Source of the DNA: Kiritimatiellia bacterium
GTDB taxonomy: Bacteria; Verrucomicrobiota; Kiritimatiellia; B70-G9
Assembly (NCBI GenBank): GCA_029934055.1
Contig: JAOZMZ010000003.1
Span: 8,692-72,691 of the forward strand
DNA length: 64,000 bases
Direction: 5' to 3'
Below, one piece after another: positions 8,108-17,107 of this stretch. A program made the translations under genes and the position numbers. Below the pieces are notes generated by a model. That model was not told where the DNA came from, did no database searches, and saw only the letters and a list, made by a program, of their open reading frames with translations. The first letter of the stretch is position 1; each line of letters starts with the position of its first letter.

Positions 8108-8611
8108 ATGGCAGTACTGCTCGGCATGTCCGGGGAAGTCAAGGGGCGCAGTTTTGATCTCGGCGAGAACGAGGTAACGATCGGTCGCAGCAGCGACAAC
8201 ACGATCGTTCTGACTAATCCGACCGTATCGGGTCATCATTGTGTAGTTACTCGGGATGCGGATGGATACGTCGTCCGCGACCTGGAGTCCACCAACGGCA
8301 CCCGGGTGAACACCAAGGACATAAAGGAGGCGCGTCTGCGCGCCAAGGATCTCCTGCAGGTCGGCTCGGTCGAGTTCATGTTCGATGACGAGGCGTCTCC
8401 GGCGGTGGAGACGAGTGCCTATGCCGAGGCGCATGTCGAGGTCGAATACGGTCCGGTGGCGGCGCCGAAGTCATTTGCCAACATTTCGCCCTTCAGCTCG
8501 TCGCAACGGCGTGACAAGCGCGATTTGTGGTTGTTTCTGATCGCCGTGGCGGGGATTCTTGCGCTGGCGGGGGTGGTGGTGTTTTTCGTCAAGCTGATCA
8601 CCACGGGCTGA
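8108..8611 (+). CDS. FHA-domain protein with C-terminal transmembrane anchor
   Basis: VTIGRSSDNTIVLTNPTVSGHHCVV...DLESTNGTRVN is an FHA signature. The C-terminus LWLFLIAVAGILALAGVVVFFV is a TM helix. ATG 8108 is preceded by AAGGAG (8093-8098). Confidence 0.8.
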   Translation: MAVLLGMSGEVKGRSFDLGENEVTIGRSSDNTIVLTNPTVSGHHCVVTRDADGYVVRDLESTNGTRVNTKDIKEARLRAKDLLQVGSVEFMFDDEASPAVETSAYAEAHVEVEYGPVAAPKSFANISPFSSSQRRDKRDLWLFLIAVAGILALAGVVVFFVKLITTG

Positions 8612-8650
8612 GCGGTGTTCATCCGGCGTTGTTTTGTGGATGAGTCCTGG

Positions 8651-9358
8651 ATGCCTACGGGAATTAGATTCGCGGGTTGCAAGCGAGAGGGGTTCACCCT
8701 TGTGGAAGTGTTGCTGGCGGCGGCCACGGCGCTGCTGGTGCTGGGGTTGGCGTACGGGTTGTTTCACTTGTCCACGCTGGCCTCGTTGAGGCGGGGCAAG
8801 ATCGTGGAAGGGCGGCTGGCGGCGGCGACGGCGCTCGAAGATCTCGCCGCGGAAATGGTTTGCGGGGTGAACGTTGAAAGACAGGGCGAGCTTCGTTCCT
8901 TCGAGCTCGAGGGGGGCGGGAACAGTGGAACGGATGAGTGTCGGGTTTCGTTTTGTTTCCTGGCTGCGCAGGAAGGCAAGAAGACCAAGGATCCGTGGGA
9001 GGACCTGCGCTGGTCGGAGATAGTCTGCAAGCGTTATCGTCTCGAGCCGGCGGCGGGCGGGCGCTGGAATCTGGTCTGCGAACAGCAACCGTACTGGGGA
9101 GACGGGGGGGTGAGCACCGGGATCGTCCTGCGAGGCGTCCGTGATTTTCGTGTGCGGGTACTGCAGCGGGGCGAATGGTTGTCCCACTGGCCGCCGGCGG
9201 GTTCCGCAGATGGCTGGCCGCAGGCCGTACGCCTGCGGCTGGAAAGCGGCGAGGGGGAGTCGTTGACCACCCAGGTGTTCATTCCGGTGGCCAATGAAGT
9301 CGGTGGGGGCGATGAACGGAAGGATGTCCCAGCGGACGGGCGCGGGCCGAAGTCGTAG
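8651..9358 (+). CDS. Prepilin-type N-methylation domain protein, GspJ/PulJ-like minor pseudopilin
   Basis: ATG 8651 gives MPTGIRFAGCKREG|FTLVEVLLAAATALLVLGL. The C-terminal ...WPQAVRLRLE... resembles GspJ-type pseudopilins. Confidence 0.65.
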   Translation: MPTGIRFAGCKREGFTLVEVLLAAATALLVLGLAYGLFHLSTLASLRRGKIVEGRLAAATALEDLAAEMVCGVNVERQGELRSFELEGGGNSGTDECRVSFCFLAAQEGKKTKDPWEDLRWSEIVCKRYRLEPAAGGRWNLVCEQQPYWGDGGVSTGIVLRGVRDFRVRVLQRGEWLSHWPPAGSADGWPQAVRLRLESGEGESLTTQVFIPVANEVGGGDERKDVPADGRGPKS

Positions 9359-9409
9359 GATCCGGCAGGGGGCTGCGGGCGGGCCCCGGCCGTTGACCCA
9401 TATCCGGGA

Positions 9410-10627
9410 CTAGCGCGAACGGGTTGCGTGCGGCAGCAGGTTCTGGAAGATGTCCTCCAGGAGGTCGATCGTACGGTCCCAGGCGAAACGTTCGGTCACC
9501 ATGCGGCGGGCGTTGGCGGCGAGACGCCGGTTGAGATACTCGTCTTCCAGCAAGAGTTTGATGTTCTCGGCCATGATATCGGGATCGTCGGCCAGCAGGC
9601 AGTTTTCGCCGATCTGGGCCGGGATGCCTTCCATTCCGAGGGTCGTCGAAACCACCGGGACCCCGGCGGCCATGGCTTCGAGTACTTTCGTACGCATGCC
9701 GCTGCCGATACGCACCGGACAGGCGAAGACGCGTGCGCGGCGGAAATACTCCCGCAGATCGGGCACGCGGCCGGTCACCTGGATGCGTTCATCCTGGCGG
9801 GCGTGCTCGCGGATTTCGGCCGGCGGATGAGGCCCGACAACGAGGAACGAGGGACGGGAGGGATGTTCTCGGAGATGCGGCCAGATACGCTGGATGAACC
9901 AGCGCACGGCATCCAGGTTGGATTCGTCGTCATAGCGGCCGGTGAAGAGGATGACCGGTTCACTGCTCTCATAAGGACGGGGTTGGAAATACTTCACATC
10001 CACCCCGCCGGGGACTACGGACACCGGCAGGCGCGGAACCGCGTTCAGCAGCCAGTAGCGGTCCTGTGGGGTGAGGACGATGAGATGGTCCATGGCGCGG
10101 TACATGGCTGTTTCGAATTTTTCCACGCCGCGCATGTAGAAACGCATACGCAGGCCCTGAATGCCGAAACCGAGAATTTCGAGAGAACGGCGGTAGACGA
10201 GGCTGGGACTGTGATGGGATGAAATTACGCGTCTGACCGCCGGCAGCCAGGGATTCCGGTAAAGATACTGTCCCATGTCCGCGAACTCGGCCATGGCGAT
10301 TTGGTACCCGCCGCCGTCGACCATTTCACCGACGAGCCGGTACATTTCCGGACTATAGTACGGCATGAACCAGGGTGGGATACGGCGTAGAATCGAGGTG
10401 TACAGGCGGGTCGGCATGTGCTTTTCGTCGGGTGGCGGCAGGAGTTTGATTTCCGCGATGCGCTCGGCCAGTTCGGCGGCATGGCTGCGCCCGTCCTCGT
10501 CGCAGAACGAGGCCAGCCCGATTTCATGTCCGCGTGCGGCGAGACGTACGATGCGTTGGTAAACTATGCGGTGGCCACCGGCGACGGTGGCATGCGGCAG
10601 CATTGACGAAATGAAAAGTATTTTCAT
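9410..10627 (-). CDS. Glycosyltransferase, GT4 family (GT-B fold)
   Basis: The real start is ATG 10627 (MKILFISSMLPHATVAGGHRIVY). The C-terminal half has the GT1/GT4 motif ...ACPVRIGSGMRTKVLEAMAAGVPVVST. The upstream 95 codons of the 500-aa ORF overlap the neighbouring gene and look spurious. Confidence 0.85.
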   Translation of the reverse strand: MKILFISSMLPHATVAGGHRIVYQRIVRLAARGHEIGLASFCDEDGRSHAAELAERIAEIKLLPPPDEKHMPTRLYTSILRRIPPWFMPYYSPEMYRLVGEMVDGGGYQIAMAEFADMGQYLYRNPWLPAVRRVISSHHSPSLVYRRSLEILGFGIQGLRMRFYMRGVEKFETAMYRAMDHLIVLTPQDRYWLLNAVPRLPVSVVPGGVDVKYFQPRPYESSEPVILFTGRYDDESNLDAVRWFIQRIWPHLREHPSRPSFLVVGPHPPAEIREHARQDERIQVTGRVPDLREYFRRARVFACPVRIGSGMRTKVLEAMAAGVPVVSTTLGMEGIPAQIGENCLLADDPDIMAENIKLLLEDEYLNRRLAANARRMVTERFAWDRTIDLLEDIFQNLLPHATRSR

Positions 10628-10652
10628 CTTCTGCGTTTCGATCGGGTTCGGA

Positions 10653-11642
10653 TCAGATTCTGTATTTCTCCAACACCGCCGAATCGGCTGGGGTAACGCT
10701 GATGGTACGCGTATTGCGCGGTGAACGGACTCGGACGCAGACCTTGTCGCCTCCGTGATTCGTATAGCGGGCGCATATTCTGGCTGCCAGATCGAGGTCC
10801 GTGGGCGTGGCCAAGTAGGGAAGTGTGCCGGTCGGCCCGGGGCTGTTTTCCACGCGCAGGAGCAGATCGTAGAGCTGGGCATTGCCTTCGATGAAGGCGT
10901 TTTCTTCGGCATTGCGTCCGACCACCAGTTTCACGTGCGGGCTGAGACGGAAATGACGGCCGACGTGCAGGAGTTCGAGGTTATGAACACCGCCGAGACC
11001 GTCGTGGTCGGCCAGATCCATCACCCGACGCATGAAGTGATCGTTGCGCAGGCGGCAGTCCGTGGAACGCAGGGGGCCCGCATGGAGTACCCCCAAGGAG
11101 GCTGCCAGGCGCAGTTGGGTCTTCCAGCCGCGGCCCCCGAGGTCGAGGAGACACTCCGGAGGAACGATTCCGCGGTGGATGACGGGCGGGGCCGGCAGGC
11201 GCTTGGCGCTGAGCGGGCGCACGATGAAATCCGCGAATCCCGAGCGGGCGGCGCTGCGGGCGAGACCTTCGGCGCTTTGTACCGGCAGGCGCTGGCCGAG
11301 GACTTCTCCGGTGGCGATGAAATCACAGCCCTCTTCGCGCATCAGGCGTCCGGCGGCCGCGAGCATGGCCGTACGGCAGGCCGTACACGGCGGGGACGTT
11401 CGTTCCGCCGTACCGTTGTCGGTGAGGAGACGCGCCAACGTGCTGGTAAATTCCAGCACCGTGAGGGGCATACCGATATCGGCGGCGCTTTTGCGCGCGG
11501 CGGCGTTGTCGAAGAATGCCCCGCTGAAAAGCAGGCCCTGGAGTTCAACGCCGGAACGCTTGAGAAGAGCGGCGGTCAGGCGGCTGTCGAGTCCGCCCGA
11601 AAAAAGGACGATGGCCTTCGGTCTCCTGCCCGTTGAATTCAT
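10653..11642 (-). CDS. PP-loop ATP pyrophosphatase, ThiI/MnmA-like (putative tRNA sulfurtransferase)
   Basis: ATG 11642 gives MNSTGRRPKAIVLFSGGLDS (SGGxDS PP-loop), followed by CTACR and IATGEVLGQR. The exact subfamily is not resolved. Confidence 0.6.
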   Translation of the reverse strand: MNSTGRRPKAIVLFSGGLDSRLTAALLKRSGVELQGLLFSGAFFDNAAARKSAADIGMPLTVLEFTSTLARLLTDNGTAERTSPPCTACRTAMLAAAGRLMREEGCDFIATGEVLGQRLPVQSAEGLARSAARSGFADFIVRPLSAKRLPAPPVIHRGIVPPECLLDLGGRGWKTQLRLAASLGVLHAGPLRSTDCRLRNDHFMRRVMDLADHDGLGGVHNLELLHVGRHFRLSPHVKLVVGRNAEENAFIEGNAQLYDLLLRVENSPGPTGTLPYLATPTDLDLAARICARYTNHGGDKVCVRVRSPRNTRTISVTPADSAVLEKYRI

Positions 11643-11864
11643 ACCGCACCAGCAACCGTGCGCCAGCATACTCCCGCAGCACGAAGACCGCAAGATAATG
11701 GGAAATCGGATTACGCGAAAAGTCCGGCAGCGTTCCGGAAGGTCTTTTTGCGATTGACGCATACCCTTCGCGGGTTTACCTCTCAAGGCAGAAAACGGAG
11801 CTTCACTAGAAGCGGATGCAGTCAGGATTGGAAACGGCGTGGAGCCGTATTAAGGAGAACTGAA

Positions 11865-12968
11865 ATGGCAAAGATTAATTTCGGTGGTGTTGTCGAGGAA
11901 GTCGTTACCCGCAAGGAATTTCCCCTTGCGAAGGCGCGCAGGGTTCTGAAGAACGAGACGATTGCGGTTTTGGGCTACGGAGTTCAGGGGCCGGCCCAGA
12001 GCCTGAACCTGCAGGACAACGGGTTCAATGTGATCATAGGTCAGGCGCGACGATTCCGGAAGGACTGGGATCGCGCCCGCCGCGACGGCTGGGTTCCGGG
12101 CAAGACCCTGTTTGATCTGGAAGAGGCCGCCGAGCGGGGTACGATCGTCATGATGCTGGTTTCCGATGCGGCCCAGAGAGAGATTTGGCCGATGGTGCGG
12201 CGCTGCCTGCACGCGGGAGACGCCCTTTACTTCTCACACGGATTTTCCATCGTTTACCGCAAGCAGACCGGGGTGATTCCACCTCCCGACGTTGACGTAA
12301 TCATGGTGGCTCCGAAGGGGTCGGGCACCTCGGTGCGGCGTAATTTCCTTTCCGGGGCCGGGATCAATTCCAGCTTTGCGGTGGAACAGGACGCGACCGG
12401 CCGCGCCCGGGAGCGTTGCTTGGCGATAGGAATCGGGATCGGGTCGGGCTACCTGTTTCCTACGACCTTTCAGAAGGAGGTCTTCAGCGATTTGACGGGC
12501 GAGCGGGGCGTTCTCATGGGGGCCCTGGCGGGAATCATGGAAGCCCAGTATGAAACTTTGCGCCGCCACGGCCACACTCCCAGCGAGGCGTTCAACGAGA
12601 CCGTGGAGGAGTTGACGCAGAGCCTTATCCGCCTGGTGGACGAGAATGGAATGGATTGGATGTTTTCCAACTGTTCGGCCACCGCCCAGAGGGGTGCCCT
12701 GGACTGGAAGCCGCGTTTCAAGAAGGCGGTCATGCCGGTGTTCCGCGAGCTGTACAATTCGGTCAAGAGCGGCAAGGAGACCGCGCGGGTGCTTTCCGCC
12801 TGCGGGCGCCGGAACTATCAGGATCAACTGGCACGCGAACTGGCGCGTATCGGGAATTCCGAGATGTGGCAGGCCGGCAAGGCGGTGCGTGCGTTGCGCC
12901 CGAAGACGGTGGGGAGCAAAGGCGGATTCAACAAGAAGGCGCGTGGCGTCGCCGGACGCAAGGCGTAA
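11865..12968 (+). CDS. ilvC: Ketol-acid reductoisomerase
   Basis: MAKINFGG...IAVLGYGVQGPAQSLNLQDNGFNVIIG (NADPH-binding motif). ATG 11865 is preceded by AAGGAG (11852-11857). Confidence 0.9.
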   Translation: MAKINFGGVVEEVVTRKEFPLAKARRVLKNETIAVLGYGVQGPAQSLNLQDNGFNVIIGQARRFRKDWDRARRDGWVPGKTLFDLEEAAERGTIVMMLVSDAAQREIWPMVRRCLHAGDALYFSHGFSIVYRKQTGVIPPPDVDVIMVAPKGSGTSVRRNFLSGAGINSSFAVEQDATGRARERCLAIGIGIGSGYLFPTTFQKEVFSDLTGERGVLMGALAGIMEAQYETLRRHGHTPSEAFNETVEELTQSLIRLVDENGMDWMFSNCSATAQRGALDWKPRFKKAVMPVFRELYNSVKSGKETARVLSACGRRNYQDQLARELARIGNSEMWQAGKAVRALRPKTVGSKGGFNKKARGVAGRKA

Positions 12969-13028
12969 TCGGCGTGCGCCGGATTCTCGTGATGCCTTAC
13001 GGAGACTGAAAGTGTCGGCGGCCGCGGT

Positions 13029-14198
13029 TCAAATCAGTCTGCCGGGAAACGGCAGATGGGGTGCGACCGACTGGGCCGCGAGCACGTAGAGCAGCAGGAG
13101 GGCGGCAGCAACGGCTGCCGCAGCCATAACGGCGAAAGCGGTTCCCGGTTGTTGCTCTTCCTCCTCCGTCTTCTTCTTTACCTGCACGGCGGCGGTCGGT
13201 CTGGCGATGCTCGTCACCCGGGCGGTCGTCGTGCCTCCCGGGCGCTTGATGTGAATGGTCTTACGACGGGTGGGGGCCTTGGTGGCGGCGACTTCTTCGG
13301 GGACCTCGATACGGGAGGTCTCGGATTTGCGGGGTTCCGTGGGCGGTTTGGCCTGGGGCAGTTCCTCGGTGGGCTGGCGCATGACCGTCGTCGGTGGGGG
13401 TTGGGGTTTGCGGGGCACGCGGATCGTACGGGGAGTGGTCGGGGCGGCGGTTCCCACCTGTTCATGATCGATTTGCAGGGCGGCCGTGCGGCGTTTGAAA
13501 ATGTCTTCCTCCTCCTCGCTGAGGACTTCACCGAGGTCGATGCGGGAAGTTTTTTTCTTTATGGCTTCCTCGTCCAGGGGGGCGGCCACTTTCTGCGTGT
13601 CGCCCTTCTTTGTCTCCTCGTCTATCTGGACGCGGACGGTGGCTTTCTTGGCCGCCTCGGCTATGTCGCCGGCTTCGCGCGTGGGGGCCGACACCTTTTC
13701 CTCGAATGGGGTTTCGATCCGGATCGTGCTTTTCTTCGTGGCCTCGCGGAGGCCCTCGGAGCCCTCGGCCGGTGGAGCCTGCTGCTCAGCGGGCGCCGGC
13801 GCTTCGATACGGACGGTACTGCTCTTCATGGCTTCCCGGATATCCTGGGGAGCCGGTGCGCTGATGCCCTCCGCGGCGGCGGCCCCGGCCGCCGCTTCCG
13901 CGATTTTTTCGGGCTCGATTCTGACCGTGCTTTTCTTGATGGCCGCCTCGAGGTCCACCGCCGGGGGCGGCGTCTGTGGGGTGGCGGCCGTGGGAGAGGT
14001 CCCGGCCTCTGTCGCAGCCGGCTTGGGCCGTTGCACCTTGATTTTCGGCGGAGCGGCGGTCTTCTTTTTCTTCGGGGCGGGGGTCTTGGACGCAGTCGCC
14101 GATGCGGAAGTCTTCTTAACGCTTTTTTTGCGGGTCTTTGACGCCGCGGGCGTGGTCTTCTTTGGAGAATCGGATTTTTTCTTAGGTGTCATCGGCAT
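13029..14198 (-). CDS. Tail-anchored lysine/proline/alanine/threonine-rich repeat protein (predicted disordered, single C-terminal TM helix)
   Basis: MPMTPKKKSDSPKK... with about 10 copies of a short motif (KKSTVRIE, KSSTVRIE, KKSTIRIE, KKATVRVQ, KKKTSRID, PRTIRVP, SETSRIE, RRKTIHIK ...). The C-terminus FAVMAAAAVAAALLLLYVLAA is a TM helix. GGAG lies upstream of ATG 14198. Confidence 0.65.
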   Translation of the reverse strand: MPMTPKKKSDSPKKTTPAASKTRKKSVKKTSASATASKTPAPKKKKTAAPPKIKVQRPKPAATEAGTSPTAATPQTPPPAVDLEAAIKKSTVRIEPEKIAEAAAGAAAAEGISAPAPQDIREAMKSSTVRIEAPAPAEQQAPPAEGSEGLREATKKSTIRIETPFEEKVSAPTREAGDIAEAAKKATVRVQIDEETKKGDTQKVAAPLDEEAIKKKTSRIDLGEVLSEEEEDIFKRRTAALQIDHEQVGTAAPTTPRTIRVPRKPQPPPTTVMRQPTEELPQAKPPTEPRKSETSRIEVPEEVAATKAPTRRKTIHIKRPGGTTTARVTSIARPTAAVQVKKKTEEEEQQPGTAFAVMAAAAVAAALLLLYVLAAQSVAPHLPFPGRLI

Positions 14199-14233
14199 AC
14201 TCCACAACCGAAAATTGTCTCCACACAACGATA

Positions 14234-14262
14234 ACAATAAGAGAGAGTATGTGTTACGTCAA
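14234..14262 (-). promoter_or_regulatory. Candidate sigma70-like promoter for the repeat-protein gene
   Basis: On the minus strand: TTGACG (14262-14257), a 17-nt spacer, then TATTGT (14239-14234), about 35 nt upstream of ATG 14198. The promoter consensus of this lineage is unknown. Confidence 0.3.
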
Positions 14263-14356
14263 AGAATTTTACGGGAGTGACAGAAGTAGCCGTCTCGGAT
14301 CAAGATTGACAGGCCGGTGTCGGCCGACATAAGGGCCAGCAGGGAGATCGCCGAGG

Positions 14357-14920
14357 ATGTACGAGGATCGAAACGGGTCCACAGGGCCGGAGGAGCGCTT
14401 GGCCGCTGTTTTGGGAGGATGCGGCGCGGTATTTAGGGTCGGTATTCTCGGTGCAATCCTGATGGCGTGTTCCGCCGGCGGGTGCCGCCCGGTTTCCGAG
14501 AACGGTCGCGAATATTACAGTGCGCGGGAAAAGGCCCAACGGCAAAAAGAGAAACTGCAGGAGGTTCTGGAGACGGACCGCTCGGAAGCGGCCGCCATTG
14601 AACTGGTGCGGGAGAGCCGCGCGCCCGACGGCCAGGGAACCGTGGAGGATTGGATCAAGCGCCGCCAGGAACAGGAAGGAGGGCGGGTGTTGTTTCCCCA
14701 CTGGGAAGCACGTCCGCGCGGGCGGGACCGTTATGAGGTTCGTTACACGTATACCGTGGCCGGTGAAGATTATTCTATTGTCAAGAAGGTCCTGGCCTGG
14801 AATGCCGACATGGTCCTGAAACTTGTCGGCGGCGTGCGGGAGATTCAGCCGGCCGGACCCGGAAACAACGCGCGGGGGGCGGCACTCCGGGGGAGCGCCG
14901 CCGGTGGGAGAGACCGGTGA
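14357..14920 (+). CDS. Hypothetical lipoprotein
   Basis: Signal-like segment FRVGILGAILMACSAGGC with lipobox-like Cys residues. The stop overlaps the start of the downstream EamA gene (ATGA). Confidence 0.5.
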   Translation: MYEDRNGSTGPEERLAAVLGGCGAVFRVGILGAILMACSAGGCRPVSENGREYYSAREKAQRQKEKLQEVLETDRSEAAAIELVRESRAPDGQGTVEDWIKRRQEQEGGRVLFPHWEARPRGRDRYEVRYTYTVAGEDYSIVKKVLAWNADMVLKLVGGVREIQPAGPGNNARGAALRGSAAGGRDR

Positions 14921-15858
14921 TGAGCGACGTCACGGTCGGAGAGCGACGTTTTACCGCCGTGGCTGCCCTGTGCGGTGCGGTGGTCTTTTTTGCCAGCATT
15001 CCGGTGTTTCTGAGGCACTTCGCTCATTTTCTGGACGGGTGGACGGTTAACGGAGTGCGCTACGGCTTTGCAGCGCTGTTTTGGTTGCCGTACGTGCTGG
15101 GGCATCACCGGGAGGTGCCGACGGGCCGTTCCATCTGGCGGGATGCTCTCAGGCCGGCATTTGTAAACGTGATCGGGCAGACCGGCTGGGCCCTTTCGCC
15201 GTATTTCAGTGATGCGGCGGTAATGAGTTTCGTGGCGCGGAGTTCCTTCTTTTTCACAGTGCTTTTCGGCTTCTGGCTTCTGGAGGAGGAACGCGTTCTG
15301 GCGCGGCGGGTCTCCTTTTGGATCGGCGGGATGATAATGGTGGTGGGCCTGCTGGTTTTTTACCGCGGCGGGATTCGTTTGGGCGCGACCTCTCCGGCGG
15401 GCGTGACGATTCTGTTGGGGACGGCGCTTTGCTGGGGTCTCTACAGTGTGTCCGTAAGGAAATACATGGCCGGATACGACGTGCGCCTGAGTTTCGGGGT
15501 GATCAGCCTGTACACGGCGGCGGGGCTGGAGATATTGATGCTGATTTTCGGAGGGTGGGGTGATCTGGTTGGATTGAGGTGGGGTGAATGGGGACTGTTG
15601 TTCGCGGCGGCGATGATGGGGATTGCATTCGGACATGTCCTTTTGTACCGGGCGATTCAGGTGCTGGGTCCCATAGTAACCGAGGGGGGGCTGTTGAGTA
15701 TTCCCTTCGTGACGGTGACGGGGGCATGGTTTTTCCTCGGCGAGCGGATGGGCTTATCGCAGTGGCTGGGTGGGGCGGGCATAGTTGCCGGGAGTGCATG
15801 CCTGCTGGTGTCGCGGCGGGGTGGGAGCGTATCGCCGCTCGAGGAGGCCGAGGGCTGA
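14917..15858 (+). CDS. EamA/DMT-superfamily transporter
   Basis: 313 aa with about 10 predicted TM helices in two EamA-like halves. Confidence 0.75.
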   Translation: MMSDVTVGERRFTAVAALCGAVVFFASIPVFLRHFAHFLDGWTVNGVRYGFAALFWLPYVLGHHREVPTGRSIWRDALRPAFVNVIGQTGWALSPYFSDAAVMSFVARSSFFFTVLFGFWLLEEERVLARRVSFWIGGMIMVVGLLVFYRGGIRLGATSPAGVTILLGTALCWGLYSVSVRKYMAGYDVRLSFGVISLYTAAGLEILMLIFGGWGDLVGLRWGEWGLLFAAAMMGIAFGHVLLYRAIQVLGPIVTEGGLLSIPFVTVTGAWFFLGERMGLSQWLGGAGIVAGSACLLVSRRGGSVSPLEEAEG

Positions 15859-16023
15859 GGCTGGACAGGGCAGGGGGGCGTGCCGACATCCGGGTTACGG
15901 GGGCGGCACACGCTATTGTGCGCGTGGCCACGCCTATGAATTGGGCAAAAAAGAGGGAGAAAAGGGTTGCTTTGTAAGGCAAAGTGCTTTACATGAGAAA
16001 AGATAACTACGGGAGATACAACC

Positions 16024-16674
16024 ATGCTTACGAGTCATCTGAAGGAAGCACTCAACAGTGTCCGGCAGATCCAGAGAACCGTGCTCGAACGCCAGCGCTT
16101 TCGCGGGTATTCTGGGCGAACCCGGATGCTTTCCGGCCTGATTGCATTCCTCGGCGCGGCCCTGATGGCTTCACCGATTTATCCCCAGCACAGACTGGCC
16201 CATCTCGTGGGCTGGGGCGTGGTATTCGTGATCGCCCTGCTGATCAACGGCGCGGCCGTGATCTATTGGTTCCTGTTCGACCCGCGTGTCGGACGGGACG
16301 TCTTCCGCCTGAGACCCTTGTTGGATCCGATACCGCCCCTCTTCGTGGGCGGCGTGCTGACAGCGGCCCTGATTCTGCACGCCGAGTACGATTACCTCTT
16401 CGGGGTCTGGATGTGCATGTTCGGTCTCTCGAATCTTTCCTCGCACTACGTACTGCCGCGCGCAATCGCCCTGGTGGGTCTCTTCTATGTCGCCTGCGGT
16501 ACGGTCTGGTTGCTTCATCCCGGCGCGGGCCTGCTGAATCCCTGGCCGATGGGCTTGGTGTTTCTCGCCGGCGAAGTGACCGCCGGGCTGATACTCCATT
16601 TCGACGAGCGGCGTTACCTGTCGCTGATCCGGCACATGGACAATGGAGAAGTTGTGGATGACAGGCGTTCCTAA
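16024..16674 (+). CDS. Hypothetical polytopic membrane protein
   Basis: 216 aa with several hydrophobic helices. Overlaps the downstream wHTH regulator gene by about 30 nt. Confidence 0.5.
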   Translation: MLTSHLKEALNSVRQIQRTVLERQRFRGYSGRTRMLSGLIAFLGAALMASPIYPQHRLAHLVGWGVVFVIALLINGAAVIYWFLFDPRVGRDVFRLRPLLDPIPPLFVGGVLTAALILHAEYDYLFGVWMCMFGLSNLSSHYVLPRAIALVGLFYVACGTVWLLHPGAGLLNPWPMGLVFLAGEVTAGLILHFDERRYLSLIRHMDNGEVVDDRRS

Positions 16675-17065
16675 CAGCGACGCCGACGTGGGCGGATTAG
16701 ACCGCGTTTTTCATGAGCCGCATCGGCTGGGCATAATGTCGGCACTATGCGCCGCCGATGGTGACGGACTGGCTTTCAACCAGATCAAACGCGAGTGCGG
16801 GTTGACCGACGGTAATCTCAGTCGTCATCTGCGGACCCTCGAGGATGCCGGCGCGGTACGTATCGAAAAGACTTTTGTCAGCCACCGTCCTCGGACCACG
16901 GTTTTCATCACTGATGAAGGACGGGAAAGTTTCATGAGGTATCTGCGGCAACTCGAGGATGTACTGCGGCGGGCCCTGGAGAGTGCCGGGGCGGTCGCCG
17001 AAGATGTCCATCACGGCGCTACGTTTCCGTTGCGGAGTGATGTCTCGGCCTCGGGAAGGGTGTGA
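16643..17065 (+). CDS. Winged-helix (ArsR/HTH_34-like) transcriptional regulator
   Basis: FHEPHRLGIMSALCAADGDGLAFNQIKRECGLTDGNLSRHLRTLEDAGAVRIEK. An alternative ATG lies at 16658. Confidence 0.7.
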   Translation: MEKLWMTGVPNSDADVGGLDRVFHEPHRLGIMSALCAADGDGLAFNQIKRECGLTDGNLSRHLRTLEDAGAVRIEKTFVSHRPRTTVFITDEGRESFMRYLRQLEDVLRRALESAGAVAEDVHHGATFPLRSDVSASGRV

Positions 17066-17107
17066 TGGTGCGATGCTGAAAAGCCATGGGACATTGGAGA
17101 AAACGGC

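Noticed and set aside
9410-10912. Long N-terminal extensions in the ORF track (for example GT4 at 10912, PP-loop at 11786, ilvC at 11658, E1beta at 60819, malic enzyme at 61524, kinase at 21646, TPM at 26491)
   Set aside because: The extensions overlap neighbouring genes, have aberrant composition, and precede internal ATG/GTG codons that have Shine-Dalgarno-like sequences and family-typical N-termini. I trimmed the starts accordingly.
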